This document shows, one piece after another, positions 1-11,900 of a DNA stretch of 64,000 bases (positions are counted from its first letter, which is position 1; every line of letters begins with the position of its first letter). This DNA comes from Squalus acanthias (lineage: Eukaryota): the NCBI GenBank assembly GCA_030390025.1, contig CM059432.1, positions 88,414,001 through 88,478,000 of the forward strand, given 5' to 3'. The position numbers and the translations under genes are program-made. The notes beneath the pieces were generated by a model, which worked only from the letters and a program-made list of their open reading frames with translations, did no database searches and was not told the DNA's origin.

Positions 1-695
1 TTCACGACTGAGCCTCCACAGCCCTCTGGGGTAGAGAATTCCAAGGATTCACCACCCTCTGAGTGAAGAAATTTCTCCTCATCTCAGTCCTAAATGGCCG
101 ACCCCTTATTCTGAGACTGTGACCCCTGGTTCTAGACTCCCCAGCCAGGGAAACATCCTCCCTGCATCCACCCTGTCAAGCCCTGTAAGAATTTTGTATG
201 TTTCAATGAGATCACCTCTCATTCTTCTAAACTCTGGAGAATATAGGTCTAGTCTACTCAATCTTTCCTCATAGGATAATCCCCCCATCCCAGGAATCAG
301 TCTGGTGAACCTTCGTTGCACTCCCTCTATGGCAAGTATATCCCTCCTTAGGTAAGGAGACGAAAACTGTACATCATTTTCCAGGTGTTGTCTCACCAGG
401 GCCCTATATAATTGCAGTAAGACGTCTTTGCTCTTTTACTCAAATCCTCTTGTAATAAAGGCCAACATACCATTTGCTTTCCTCATTGCTTGCTGTACCT
501 GCCTGTTAACATTCAGTGATTTGTGTACAAGGACACCCAGGTCCCTCTGAACACCAACATTTCCCAATCTCTTACCATTTAAAAAATATTCTGCTTTTCT
601 ATTTTTCATACAAAAGTGAATAACTTCATATTTCTCCACATTATATTCCATTTGCCATGTTCTTACCCATTCACTTAGCCTGTATATATCCCTAT
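1..695 (-). mobile_element. CR1 LINE, 5'-truncated 3' part of ORF2 (subfamily B), runs off the window start
   Basis: Minus-strand ORFs [37 protein letters not shown] and [36 protein letters not shown]. Confidence 0.9.
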
Positions 696-699
696 ATCC

Positions 700-1812
700 C
701 ATGATCTACATTATCGCTTCCCCATTTCACTAGCCACCCCTCACACTCACCCTCATCCTACTGCAAGCATATCAACTAACAACACACAAGGGTAGGCACT
801 TGGGTGGTTTAGCCAATGTGAAGTTTCTGGTAATGTGCTGTCAAACATTGAAACCTTTATTTTCAGCACTTTGCGTTCTTGGACAGATTTGTGTGCATCT
901 TTGGAAGTGGCTTAGTGAGTTGTAGTGAATGGTGAGACATAACGTTCCCCCACGCAAGGGTGATGAGTGTGAAAGGAATGGCTTGGGCATTGTAAGAATG
1001 CTTTATGGTGTTGGTGTGGGGTGGTGCCAACCTGGCGCATCATTTGGCATCCAGGGTGTACAGTGTCAAGTGAAGTAAATGTGGCCATGGTGAGGCCATC
1101 CCTGGTGTCCCATGCAGCAATGTGGTTGGGTGCTGATGCCCTGTGTCCTGTGCAGCATCAGTCGATTGCAGAGAAGGCTGGTGTTGTTGTTGCTGCTGGT
1201 GTGCCTGGTGCTGCTGGTGTTGGGGCTGATCTTGGTGGGATTCTAATTCCAAGGTGAGATATTTTCAAGGGCAACGATGCTGATGGAATAGATGGCAGGT
1301 GAGGTTGAGATGACAGAAGCGATCTGTCAATGGTGAGAGAGGTTGTTCCAATGAGGTGGCACTGGATAGAGAGTTTGCTCCAAACACTTGCAAGCTGCAG
1401 AAAGCTCAATCTGTCTTCCAAATGTAGTAACCAACAGTTTCTGAGCTTTGAAAGTGAACAGCTGTAACATGGGATCTTTCATACAACTTTGGCAGCTGTT
1501 AGGTCATGAGATAATTCAATGCTGAACCCACTCACAACATGCTGAGCTGACGTGTAACCCGTGGGAGAGCACGTAAAATTGAAATGTAGGCTTAAAATAA
1601 CAGTTAATTGGATGTTAACAACCCATTTAATGATGTGAATTGCCTCCCCCGCCGCTTGGTGTCGGGTCTGTTCAGCGCCGACAGACCCGACACCTGGTAG
1701 ACTCGCGTGAAGGCGTGTTGACAGCGGGTTCCCTACCTGCTGTCAATCTTTGCTATTTTGACAGTGGACCCGCCTCCGAACCCGCCCTCTGAGTGCTGGC
1801 AAAATTCAGCCC
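700..1812 (+). mobile_element. PIF/Harbinger-derived non-autonomous element, right part (copy A)
   Basis: Ends in TIR-like AAAATTCAGCCC; 704-858 is the reverse complement of 1813-1968 of the neighbouring Myb-bearing copy. Confidence 0.6.
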
Positions 1813-2603
1813 AAAGATTTCAATGTTTGACAGCACATTAACTTCACATGAACATTGGCTAAAACAACCAAGTGCCTATCCTTGTGTGTTGTTAGTTGGT
1901 ATGATTTGACTAGGATGAGGGTGAGTGTGAGTGGTGGCTAGTGAGATGGGGAGGTGATAATGTAGATAGAGAGGGATGGGTGGAGGTGCAAAGTAAGTTG
2001 GTGTGAGTAAGGATGTGCAGGAATCGGGTAGGGAAGGCAGAGTGATGGGGATGTGATGAGTGGCACAGCAGGATGAGGTTGAGTGTGGCTTTGCAGTAAC
2101 ATTTTATGATCTACTGAGATCATTGAAAGGTTTGTGCCACTGCAGCCTGGTCCTCCTGACCACATCCCTGCTTGTAACCTCCTGTGCAATGTGCAACCAG
2201 GCTGCGTTGGTCTCCTGGGGAGGTCTCTTCCACCCATTGGAAGGGAAGAAAACCTCACTGCATGCTGTGACTCCCTCCATATGCTTATGGAGGGAGTAAA
2301 GGGAGAGCCTGGGTGCAGCCCTGCACCTCTGTGCAGGACTTATCAGTTTTTGCAGCACCTCAATGCTGTAGAACACTGACAGCACAAAGTCAAACTAAAT
2401 TTGCGCATGGTCCCTTTAAGGAAACCGGCTGATGACATGTCATCAAATGACATCATCAGACTCGCTTCCTTCAATTGGCCGGGAAACTCGCTGGGCAGGC
2501 TTAACAAGCCCAATCAGGGGAAAGTCATGTTGGAGGCCGGGATGGAGACAGCAGCAGGGTTGGGGCCCGCCACAGACCCGCCGAGGTAGGGAAAATCGCG
2601 GCC
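1813..2603 (-). mobile_element. PIF/Harbinger-derived element with decayed Myb/SANT-like ORF (copy B)
   Basis: ORF 2104-2385(-) APRLSLYSL..EVFFPSNG..AWLHIAQEVTSRDVVRRTRLQWHKPFNDL resembles the Myb/SANT (NAIF1-like) domain of Harbinger; terminus GGCCGCGATTTT flanked by TTA (2604-2606). Confidence 0.75.
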
Positions 2604-3221
2604 TTAGATTAGTGAACAGGGCAAGCAATTGTGTATCTCCATAACCAATTAGATTGAAGGATTGTGAAATAAATAGAGGAATGGTGGAGAAGGAAGTGTA
2701 AATTAGAGTGGGTGAATTCAATGTCAAATCAGATAAAGAAATAAAGAGAGGGAAAGAAAGATTGGATTAAGAGAGAGAGAAAAAAGAGATAGAAAGGAAA
2801 AGTAAAACATTTTGTTTTTAATTTTAAATTTAACATTTTTAAAATCTCCAACAATAAATACTTGAAGGAATGAGACTCCACACTTGTAATAGTGAATTTT
2901 CAGTGCCAGAGAGCTTGACTGGCAGTAATTAACACTTATCACATCATTAAATGGGTACTTGCACTTGTAGTGACAAGACTTAACTTTCTGTGGCGAGTTT
3001 AGTTCGTATCTACCGTGCATTTCACGCCATTCAATCTGTTTCAATGGTGAGGCAGACAGCGAGAAGCTCTTTTCGTGAAGCAAACGGTAGAATGGTGCAA
3101 CTTTTGGATATTGGCATTTAACCGTGCGCCTGCCCCTTGCCTGAAGTTGCTGTACCATTTACGCATAAATTACGGTGAGCGCCATTCACCTCACCATTAT
3201 TATTACAGCAAAATCTGGGCC
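2604..3221. mobile_element. Non-autonomous DNA-transposon-like repeat, same family as ~30000-30559
   Basis: Shares GAAGGAATGAGACTCCAC, CAGTGCCAGAGAG, GGCAGTAATTAA and the terminus GCAAAATCTGGGCC with the 30 kb copy. Confidence 0.7.
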
Positions 3222-3224
3222 ATT

Positions 3225-3400
3225 GTTTTTAATTTTTGGGCGATGCCGGCAAGACCACATTCATCGCCCATCCCTAGTTACCTTAGTGGGCATTCGGCAT
3301 TAACCATGTCGTGTGGGACTGGAGTCACACGTAGACCAGGCCAGATAGGGGTGGCAGGCTCCCTTCTCTTGTAGGTGTAAAGGATTTCAGTTCACAAATT
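3225..3400 (-). mobile_element. Degenerate short element: body of the tRNA-headed LINE plus its 3' tail
   Basis: cgcccatccctagttacc matches the tail at ~59235; ctggagtcacacgtagaccaggccagatagggg matches the body at ~62180-62215. Confidence 0.55.
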
Positions 3401-4374
3401 AACATGATGGCCCAGCTTTTCTGATTGATGTATCTGAGGTGACATTTACTGGATTCTGTAAAGCTGTATTGAATCCCGTACAATCAGTTTTAGTTTTGTA
3501 TTTAAAGTATCTGTAACCCTTCCAGGAGAAATTATTTTTGGCTTGAAAGTCAGAACTACAATAGGTTACAAAGCATTTGAATATGCACCAGAACATAAGG
3601 CTGGATTTTCCAATTCTCTGCTCACTAGGCTACAATTTTCCACCCATTCACTTTAATGGGCGGCAAATCATAGGCCGGCGGGTGCTGAAGCAGAAACCCC
3701 TCTAGCCAAACTCTTGTGCTTTCAACACCCCCATCACCTTCCAGTAAATTCTAAACCCACCACTGCTGCAAACTGCACTATTGTGTACATTAGGCTTTTC
3801 TTCTGCAGTAAGTGTTTGAATGTTGGGTAATCTGTAGTATAAGTCACACCGCACTTTCAGTCTAACACCTTGCAGTCATGTCTGATAAAGCTTTTATTAA
3901 TCGATGTTTTTGATCGATCAGTGTTTTTGCAGCACAGTCACTTTAAAAAAAAATCTGTTGGTCAGTTCTTGCCAGTTTTTTAGGTTGGTTTGTATGTTAT
4001 AGATGCAGCAATCAAGAAGATCACAGTCTTCAAAATTTCATGTTAAACAATGCTTACAAATAATTATAAGCTAGCTAAACTTTGAATTGAAATAATTAGA
4101 AACCAGAATGCAAATACATCAGTGGATTGCAACTACTGAAATGCACCTCTACATAAATGCACTTGATGCAAACATTTAGCACTTAACAATTGTGAGTTGA
4201 TGCTAGCTTCTGTCTACATTGGGATACTCTGCTTCAATGGTCTAAAAAAGATTCATGCTGCTGTTAGAGCACATCTCTGATCTGAGACTGATAGGTAGCT
4301 GTAGAGAACAAGCACAGCTGACAAGACAAGGTTACACTGCAGCCTGCACCTGAATGAAACGTGTGCTATACCAA

Positions 4375-5325
4375 CCAAGATGCAGAGATGCCGGTGTTGG
4401 ACTGGGGTGGACAAAAATGAGAAGTCGCACAACACCAGGTTATAGTCCAACAGTTTTATTTGAAATCACGAGCTTTCGGAGCGCTGCTCCTTCATCAGGT
4501 AAAGTGAAGGAATACAAATCAGCAAAGCATATATAGACAGAGAACAATGTGTAGCGTACAATGTCAGACGACTACAGTAAATCTTACTGACTGTATCTCT
4601 GCCGAGGTGTGATGGAGGGCAATCAGGTCAGTCAGGAAGGCATTACATCAAAGACACAGCAAAATACAGCTAAGACAATGAGGTGGGGTCACAGGGGGTC
4701 CAACGTGTCAAATGCTGCAGTCTGTATGGTTAAGCTTTTTACTTTTTTTTTAAACTGGAAATCACATCTGTGAACAAGCCAATGATGACTCGAGTCTGAA
4801 TGACTCTACGTCATGTAGCGTGACATGAAACCAAGATCCCGGTTGAGGCCGTCCTCATGGGTGCGGAACTTGGCTATCAGTTTCTGCTCAATGATTTTGC
4901 GTTGTCGTGTGTCTCGAAGGCCGCCTTGGAGAACGCTTATCCGTAGATCCGAGGTTGAATGTCCTTGACTGCTGAAGTGTTCCCCGACTGGGAGGTAAGA
5001 ATCCTGCCTGGCGATTGTTGCGCGGTGTCCGTTCATACGTTGTCGCAGTGTCTGCATGGTCTCGCCGATGTACCATGCTGCGGTGCATCCTTTCCTGCAA
5101 CGTATGAGGTAGACAACGTTGGCTGAGTCACATGAGTATGTACCATGTACCTGGTGGGTAGTGTCCTCCCGTGTGATGATGGTATCTGTGTTGATGATCT
5201 GGCATGTCTTGCAGAGGTTGCCGTGGCAGGGTTGTGTGGTGTCGTGGTCATTGTTCTCCTGACAGCTGGGTAATTTGCTGCGAACGATGGTACTTTTGAG
5301 GTTAGGCGGCTGCTTGAAGGCGTCT
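4375..5325 (-). mobile_element. Penelope-like retroelement, 3' fragment (GIY-YIG endonuclease + pseudo-LTR)
   Basis: ORF 4806-5330(-) AFKQPPNLK..PCHGNLCKTC..SANVVYLIRC..WYIGETMQTLRQRMNGHR..HF..GLN; downstream AATAAA and hammerhead core. Confidence 0.9.
4466..4502 (-). ncRNA. Minimal type I hammerhead ribozyme
   Basis: Minus strand reads ttac-CTGATGA-a-ggagc-agc-gctcc-GAAA-gc-TC-gtga: conserved core, 5-bp stem II, 4-bp stem I. Confidence 0.75.
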
Positions 5326-5416
5326 AACAATCACCAGGCAGGATTGACCCGAATGAGATACACAGGCTCTGATCTGTGACATATGTTGTATGGTCTTTAG
5401 GCTTTACTGCAAAGGG

Positions 5417-5564
5417 ATATTTGGGAATTTCCTTGGAGCTGCTCCTGCTCCGCCACCAGTACTTCGCCGAAAGTGTGGGAGAAACTCCGTAAATGGGGTT
5501 TCCGCCACATTTCCAATGAAGTTACGGCAGCTGAGCGGGAGGAGCCACAAGGAAATTCCTGGTC
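5417..5564. mobile_element. ~150-bp hairpin MITE (family also at 18773-18915, 45987-46143, 56321-56455)
   Basis: GAATTTCCTTG...CAAGGAAATTC arms with further internal complementarity. Confidence 0.6.
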
Positions 5565-5856
5565 TATATCATTATAGAAGGTCATCATTTTATCAAATGC
5601 TAAAAGCTGAACAGAATCCAACTAGTGCACCAGTGCAGGAAACCATGCCTTACATTTTGTGTGCTACTCGACATAGGCCACCATGCAAGTGGGACCTCAC
5701 ACAGGATAGCTAGTTAGGTATGTGCTGGAAGTTTCAACTGGAATGGCTATGCTGAAGCTGACTAACCAGTGATCCTCTGCTGCAAAGTGCCATTGGATGA
5801 TGGTTGAATTAGGCTTTACTATAAGGCCCCCCACACTTGAATAACCTCCTGATAAT

Positions 5857-6728
5857 GGCCTGAATTTTAATACTTTGGCGGGTTGGGAGTGGTGGGGGGG
5901 GCTCGGAAGCGGTCGGGAAACCTGGGAGAATGGGTTTCCCGTAGGCCCTGCTGGATTTAACAGCATCGCCTGATCTGCATGGGAAACCTCTGTTTCCCAC
6001 CCACTGGCTGCGGGCAGGTAGGCCTGTGGCACTAGGCCGCAGGGAGGAGAGAGGGTTGGATCGTGTGAGGGCTGGGGTGGTCAGGGGGGGCTGGAGGAGC
6101 ATGAGGGGGGCCGGAGGAGTATGGGGGGGGGTTGTGGGGGTGGTTGCAAGCGAAAACACATCGGGGGTCCAGGAGCATCATTGGAGGGCTGGAGGAGCGG
6201 GGGTGGGTGGGGTGGGCAGGAGCTCATCAGGGGGCTGGAGGAGCATGGGGGTGAACTTGCGGGGGTAATCGGAGGCCTGGAGAGGTTGGGTAATCGGAGG
6301 CCTGGGGGGGTTGGGGATCGGAGGCCTGGGAGGGGGATTGGAGTACTCTTGGGGGGAGCGGGCGGCGGTCACCGATCGCAGGGTGTGGGTTAGGCAGAGA
6401 TCCTGGATGCAGGAGGTAAGTGTAAACCTCCTGGATCTTGCAGTCCTCGCCTTCCATTAGCTGGCGTGGTTCACGAGACCTGCAAAACCTGACCAGCTAC
6501 AGTTAAATTTAAAATGGTGGTTAAATCTGAGGCATGCCAACCTCATAATATTTAAATGGCCAGCCCGCCTCCTGGGAGCGGGTTGGCCGCCCCGTTCCGT
6601 CCCGTCCTGCCTCTGTTAAAACCAGAAGTGTGCGGGTTGAAGTCGGGTTCTGGTCGGGATTCAGATTTTAACACTTTCACTTCCCACCCGATGGCAACCC
6701 ACCTCTTTTTTGGGGTTAAAATTCCCCC
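5857..6728 (-). mobile_element. Harbinger-type MITE with internal G-rich minisatellite
   Basis: TIRs GGCCTGAATTTTAA / TTAAAATTCCCCC; reverse complement is colinear with the split element at 8990-13063. Confidence 0.8.
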
Positions 6729-7640
6729 ATTGTATAGGCTCAAACACAAAACTGGTCACTTGAGTCAGGTTAGCAGAGGGCTGGCATCGAGTAACCGAAC
6801 TGCAGCATGGTGGGTATCTTCAGAAGAGAAGTGGAGTAAATTAAGAAAATAAATATAATATCTGTAAAACATGAAAAAGTTAATTACTGGGAAAGGAAAG
6901 TGATGAAAGTTTCTACAGAATGCATTATATTTATTCATCAAAAAATTTTTTTAATGGCAGACCTACAATTTCAATCCTTTGATCATGGGTGCTCCTAGGT
7001 TTATTCTCTGGTTTTGGAACATGTTTTAATTAAAAAAATCATAAATTTGACTGTTTTCCTAATTCTATCATTTTAAAATGTAATTCCCGTATGTAACATT
7101 TATGGGAATGAATGAAATTTTTAAATAATAAAATTCTCCTATTTTAAAAGCCAGGGGATTCCAACTCTGCCTTCAATCCCCTCTCTATTCCATTTGAAGG
7201 TGATGCAAAAATGATGATCTTACCATGGAATATATTTTGCATCCTGTGCTCACTCAATACATATAAGGGGTTAACTTTCCAAAAGTGGGCTCCTGGCGGG
7301 AAGCCTCGCCTGCTGCAATTTCCGATATGCGCCCTTGGTGGGCGAGGCTCCTTGCTGGAAGAATGAAGTCAGAGAATGATCCTGTCAAACAAATCACATT
7401 GCTGATAATACTGCATTCATTTGCCGAGTTTTTAGCTCTTGTGGTTTAGATGCAGAACTTTTTTTGTTTGTTTGCCAACGTCTCCACGACAACAGAGACA
7501 AAACCGAACGGACGTCTATTGTTAAATTTGTGCTTGAGCGAATGTTTACTGGATGTGGAGGAGGCTGTGTGGTGGTGTCCTCACTCAGGTCTCCAGTTGC
7601 TCTGCTTCTCCCTGTCCGTACAGAAGATGAGGTGAAGGGC

Positions 7641-7850
7641 TTTGTTTTTTAAATTATTCATTCTCAGAATGTGGGCATTGCGGCTAGGCCGGCATTGATT
7701 GCGCATCCCTAGTTGCCTCGAAGTTGGTGGTGGGCCTTCTCCTTGATACAACTGAGTGGCTTCATACGCCATTATAGAAGGCAGCAAAGTGTCAACCTCC
7801 TTGGTGTGAGACTGGGATCACATATAGGCCACTCGGGGTGGGGTGGGGGC
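7641..7850 (-). mobile_element. SINE-like internal-deletion derivative of the tRNA-headed LINE
   Basis: Tail homologous to 59183-59285 is joined at ~7746 to TACAACTGAGTGGCTT, identical to 62131-62146. Confidence 0.7.
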
Positions 7851-8989
7851 AGACAGGCAAAGAAAGAGGAGATCACAGTAATGGTGACCAGGATGGGAAC
7901 AGAAGCCCCAAAGTAAGTGCAGTTGATGGAAGGAAACCATAATAAACGGAGAAGGTAGGCTAGGGAACATCAGGAACAGACCAAGCAGGAACTCCGAGAG
8001 GTCCAGTAATTAAGGAGTGGCCCTGCAGCAGCCGAGAGCCGGTGGGGCAGTGGCAAATTCAAAAACTTACAGTCTAAAGGAAGACTGATTGAAAGGTGCA
8101 GTGGCAGCGCTGGTGGTGGAGCTGGCAGACCGGGGACACAGGTGCTACCACTGGTGGGAGGCCTGCACCAACATGCTGAAAATTCAAAGCATGTTCAATA
8201 GTTGGTGGTGCGGCAGCCTGTGGATCAGTAATCAGTTTAACATTTGGAATCCTATTGGAGCGGCACCTACTGGTGTTATGGGCAAGCAACACGGGGGGTG
8301 TCACCACTACTGTGGACATTTTAACATGAGAAACTCCTTAGGAATGTTTGTGTAGGATTTGTCAATGGAACATTTGGCTCACATGCAAATTTTATTGTAC
8401 AATAGATATATAAGGCTCTATCTCACTATCGAGTTTTGCAGGAGTCCCTTCTGGGTCCCTGCTGTTCACACTATTCCTGAACAATGTGGAAGAGTGTATT
8501 TCTAATAAAATTCTGCAATATGTAATGACACCAGGTTATGTAACAAGGTTACCAGAGTAGGGTATATTTATAGATACAAATTGACGAAGAAATAGCAGCT
8601 AAAATTTTTCAAGTATATAGTAACTAATTTCTTGTGTTCTTTATAACATGAGCTGCAGACAATCAAACCCTCATGTTTGATGATTAAGCCTAGTTTTCTG
8701 CAATCTGCTGACTGGTTAGCTCATTAATATACAGGAAAAGACCAACTGGTCCAATTAATTATAGGAACAAGTGAAAGTAAACATCTCCTTTTGTTCATAC
8801 ATGCAACATTGTATACAGTAAGGTTTATAGTAAGTGTTGAGGCTGTTAATGTGTCCAGAGATTGTCTGCCAGGTACCTGTCCATCCCATTCCTTTTTTAT
8901 TCTGTACCTTCATAACCAAATCCCCTAAAAGCTTCCACTTGCTCTCATTTCATAGAATCATAGAATCATACAGCACAGAAGGCGTCTAT

Positions 8990-11900
8990 GGGGGGAATTT
9001 TAACCTAAAAAAACGTGTGGATTGGGGGCATGGGTGTTGTTAAAGTGTTAAAAATCAGAATCCCAACCTGAACCCACCTCCAACCCACCCATTTTCGGTT
9101 TTAATAGGGGCAGGTAGCCAACCCGCTGCCAGGAGGCGGGCAGTCTATTTAAATATTATAACGAGGCTAGAATTAGATTAGACAAGCGTGTAGCAAAGGC
9201 AGAGTGGTTTTAATGGGAGATTTTAACTTTCATATAGATTGGGATAAGCAGACCTGTCAGAAAGGTAGTGAATTTCTTGAGTGTGTCCGGGATAGTTTTC
9301 AACAACAATATGTCCTAGAGGCAACAAGGGGGAAAGCCATATTAGATTTAGTAATGAGTAATGAGCCATATTTAGTTAACAGCCTAACTGTGCGTGAACA
9401 TTTATCCAATAGCAATCATAACATGATCGAGGTCAATGTAGTGTTTGAAAGGGAGAAACGTGAAACAGCTACTATGATTCTAGATTTGGGTGAGGCCAAC
9501 TTCAATGGGATGAGGCAGAGACTGTCCACAGTAAACTGGGCAAATCTGTTAATGGGTAAAACGACAGACGATCAGTGGGAGATGTTCAAAAAAGAATTTA
9601 ATGTGATACAGAACCAGTTTATACCCCTGAGGGGCAAGAACTCTACTTGCCAAAAAAAAGCCATGGACGACTATAAAGAGGTAAGGGACAGCATAAAACT
9701 AAAGGAAAGGGCATACAAAAATACAAAAAATAGCACAGATCCTGGCGAGTGGGAAAAATACAAAGAACAGCAAAGGGCCACAAAACAGATCGTAAGAGCT
9801 ACAAAAGGGAGTATCAAAAGAAACTTGCAAGAAATATCAAAATCAATACAAAGAATTTTTACAATTACATTAGGAAAAAGAGGGTAGTCAGGAGCAATGT
9901 TGCCCCCTTAAAAACTGATATTGTCAATGATAATAAGGAAATGGTGGACATGTTGAATAATTACTTTGTGTCAGTATTTACAGTAGAAGAAGAGGATAGC
10001 ATGCCAGAAATCCCAAGGAAACTAATATTGAATCGGGGACAGCGACTCAATAAAATTAACGTAAGTAAAATAACAGTAATGAAGAAAATAATGGCACTAA
10101 AGAGTGACAAATCCCCAGGGCCAGATGGTTTCCATCCCAGGGTTTTAAAGGAAGTAGGTGAGCACATTGCAGATGCCCTAACTATAATCTTCCAAAGTTC
10201 TCTCGATTCAGGAACCGTTCCTTTAGATTGGAATATTGCGTATGTCACTCCGCTATTTAAGAAAGGCGAGAGAGGGAAACCAGGGAATTATAGATCAGTT
10301 AGCCTAGCATCTCTTGTTGGGAAATTGCTAGAGTCTTAATTAAGGATAGGGTGACTGAACACCTCGAAAATTTTCAGTTGATCAGAGAGAATCAGCATGG
10401 ATTTGTGAAAGGCAGGTCATGCCTGACAAGCCTGATTGAATTTTTTGAAGAGGTGCCTAAAGTAGTAGAGAGGGGAATGTCTATGGATGTTATTTATATG
10501 GACTTCCAGAAGACATTTGATAAAGTCCCACATAAGAGACTATTAACTAAGGTAGAAGCCCACAGAATTGAGGGCAAATTATTGACCTGGTTAGGAAATT
10601 GGCTGAGTGACAAGAGACAGGCAGTAGGGATAATGGGTAGGTACTCAAATTGGTAGGATGTGACTAGTGGTGTCCCGCAGGGATCTGTGTTGGGGCCTCA
10701 ACTATTCACAGTATGTATTAACGACTTAGATGATGGCATAGAAAGTCATATATCCAAATTTGCCGATGACACAAAGATAGGCGGCATTGTAGGCAGTGTA
10801 GATGAAAGCATAAAATTACAAAGGGATATTGATAGATTAAGTGAATGGGGAAAAACTGTGGCAAATGGATTTCAATGTAAGCAAATGTGAGGTCATCCAC
10901 TTTGGACCTAAAAAGGATAGAACAGGGTACTTTCTAAATGGTAAAAAGCTAAAAACAGTGGAGGTCCAAAGAGACTTGGGGGTCCAGGTACATAGATCAT
11001 TAAAATATCATGAACAGGTACAGAAAAGAATCAAAAAGGCTAATGGAATGCTGGCTTTTATATCTAGAGGACTAGAATACAAGGGGGTAGAAGTTATGCT
11101 GCAGCTGTACAAAACCACACCTGGAGTACTGTGAGCAGTTCTGGGCACCACACCTTAGGAAGGATATATTGGCCTTGGAGGGAGTGCAGCGTAGGTTTAC
11201 CAGAAGGATACCCGGACTTCAAGGGTTAAGTTACGAGGAGAGATTACACAAATTAGGATTGTATTCCCTAGAATTTAGAAGGTTAAGGGGTGATCTGATC
11301 AAAGCTTTCAAGATATTAAGGGGAACTGATAGGGTAGATAGAGAGAAACTATTTCTGCTGGTTGGGGAGTCTAGGACTGGGGGGCACAGTCTAAAAATTA
11401 GAACCAGACCTTTCAGGAGTGAAATTAGGAAACACTTCTACACACAAAGGGTGGTAAAAGTTTGGAACTCTCTTCCGCAAACGGCATTTGATGCTAGATC
11501 AATTGTTAATTTTAAATCTGAGATTGATAGATTTTTGTTAACCAAAGGTATTAAGGGATATGGGCCAAAGGCAGGTACATGGAGTTAGGTCGCAGATCAG
11601 CCATGCAATGCTCATTCATTGAATGACGGAACAGGCTCGAGGGGCTGATTGGCCTACTCATGTTCCTATGTTAATCTCCATTTTGTGTTTAACTGTAGCT
11701 GGTCGGGTTTTGTACACTTTGTAAAACTTGCCAGCTACAGCAAGATGAGGACTGCTAGATCCAGGAGGTAAGTGCCTTTACACATACCTCCTGGATCCAG
11801 GGATCCTGCCTAACCCACCCCCTGCGATTGGAGACTGCCCCCACGAGGCCTCCGATCGCCTTCTCAGACCGCCCCCCCCCCCAACCGATGATCCTCAGGC

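Noticed and set aside
1040..1252. Gln-rich ORF as a host gene
   Set aside because: Low-complexity sequence inside a TIR element, with no splice or domain support.
5809..6457. Pro/Gly-rich ORFs (also 11755-13102 and 22415-22851)
   Set aside because: Artefacts of GC-rich MITE minisatellites; open in several frames on both strands.
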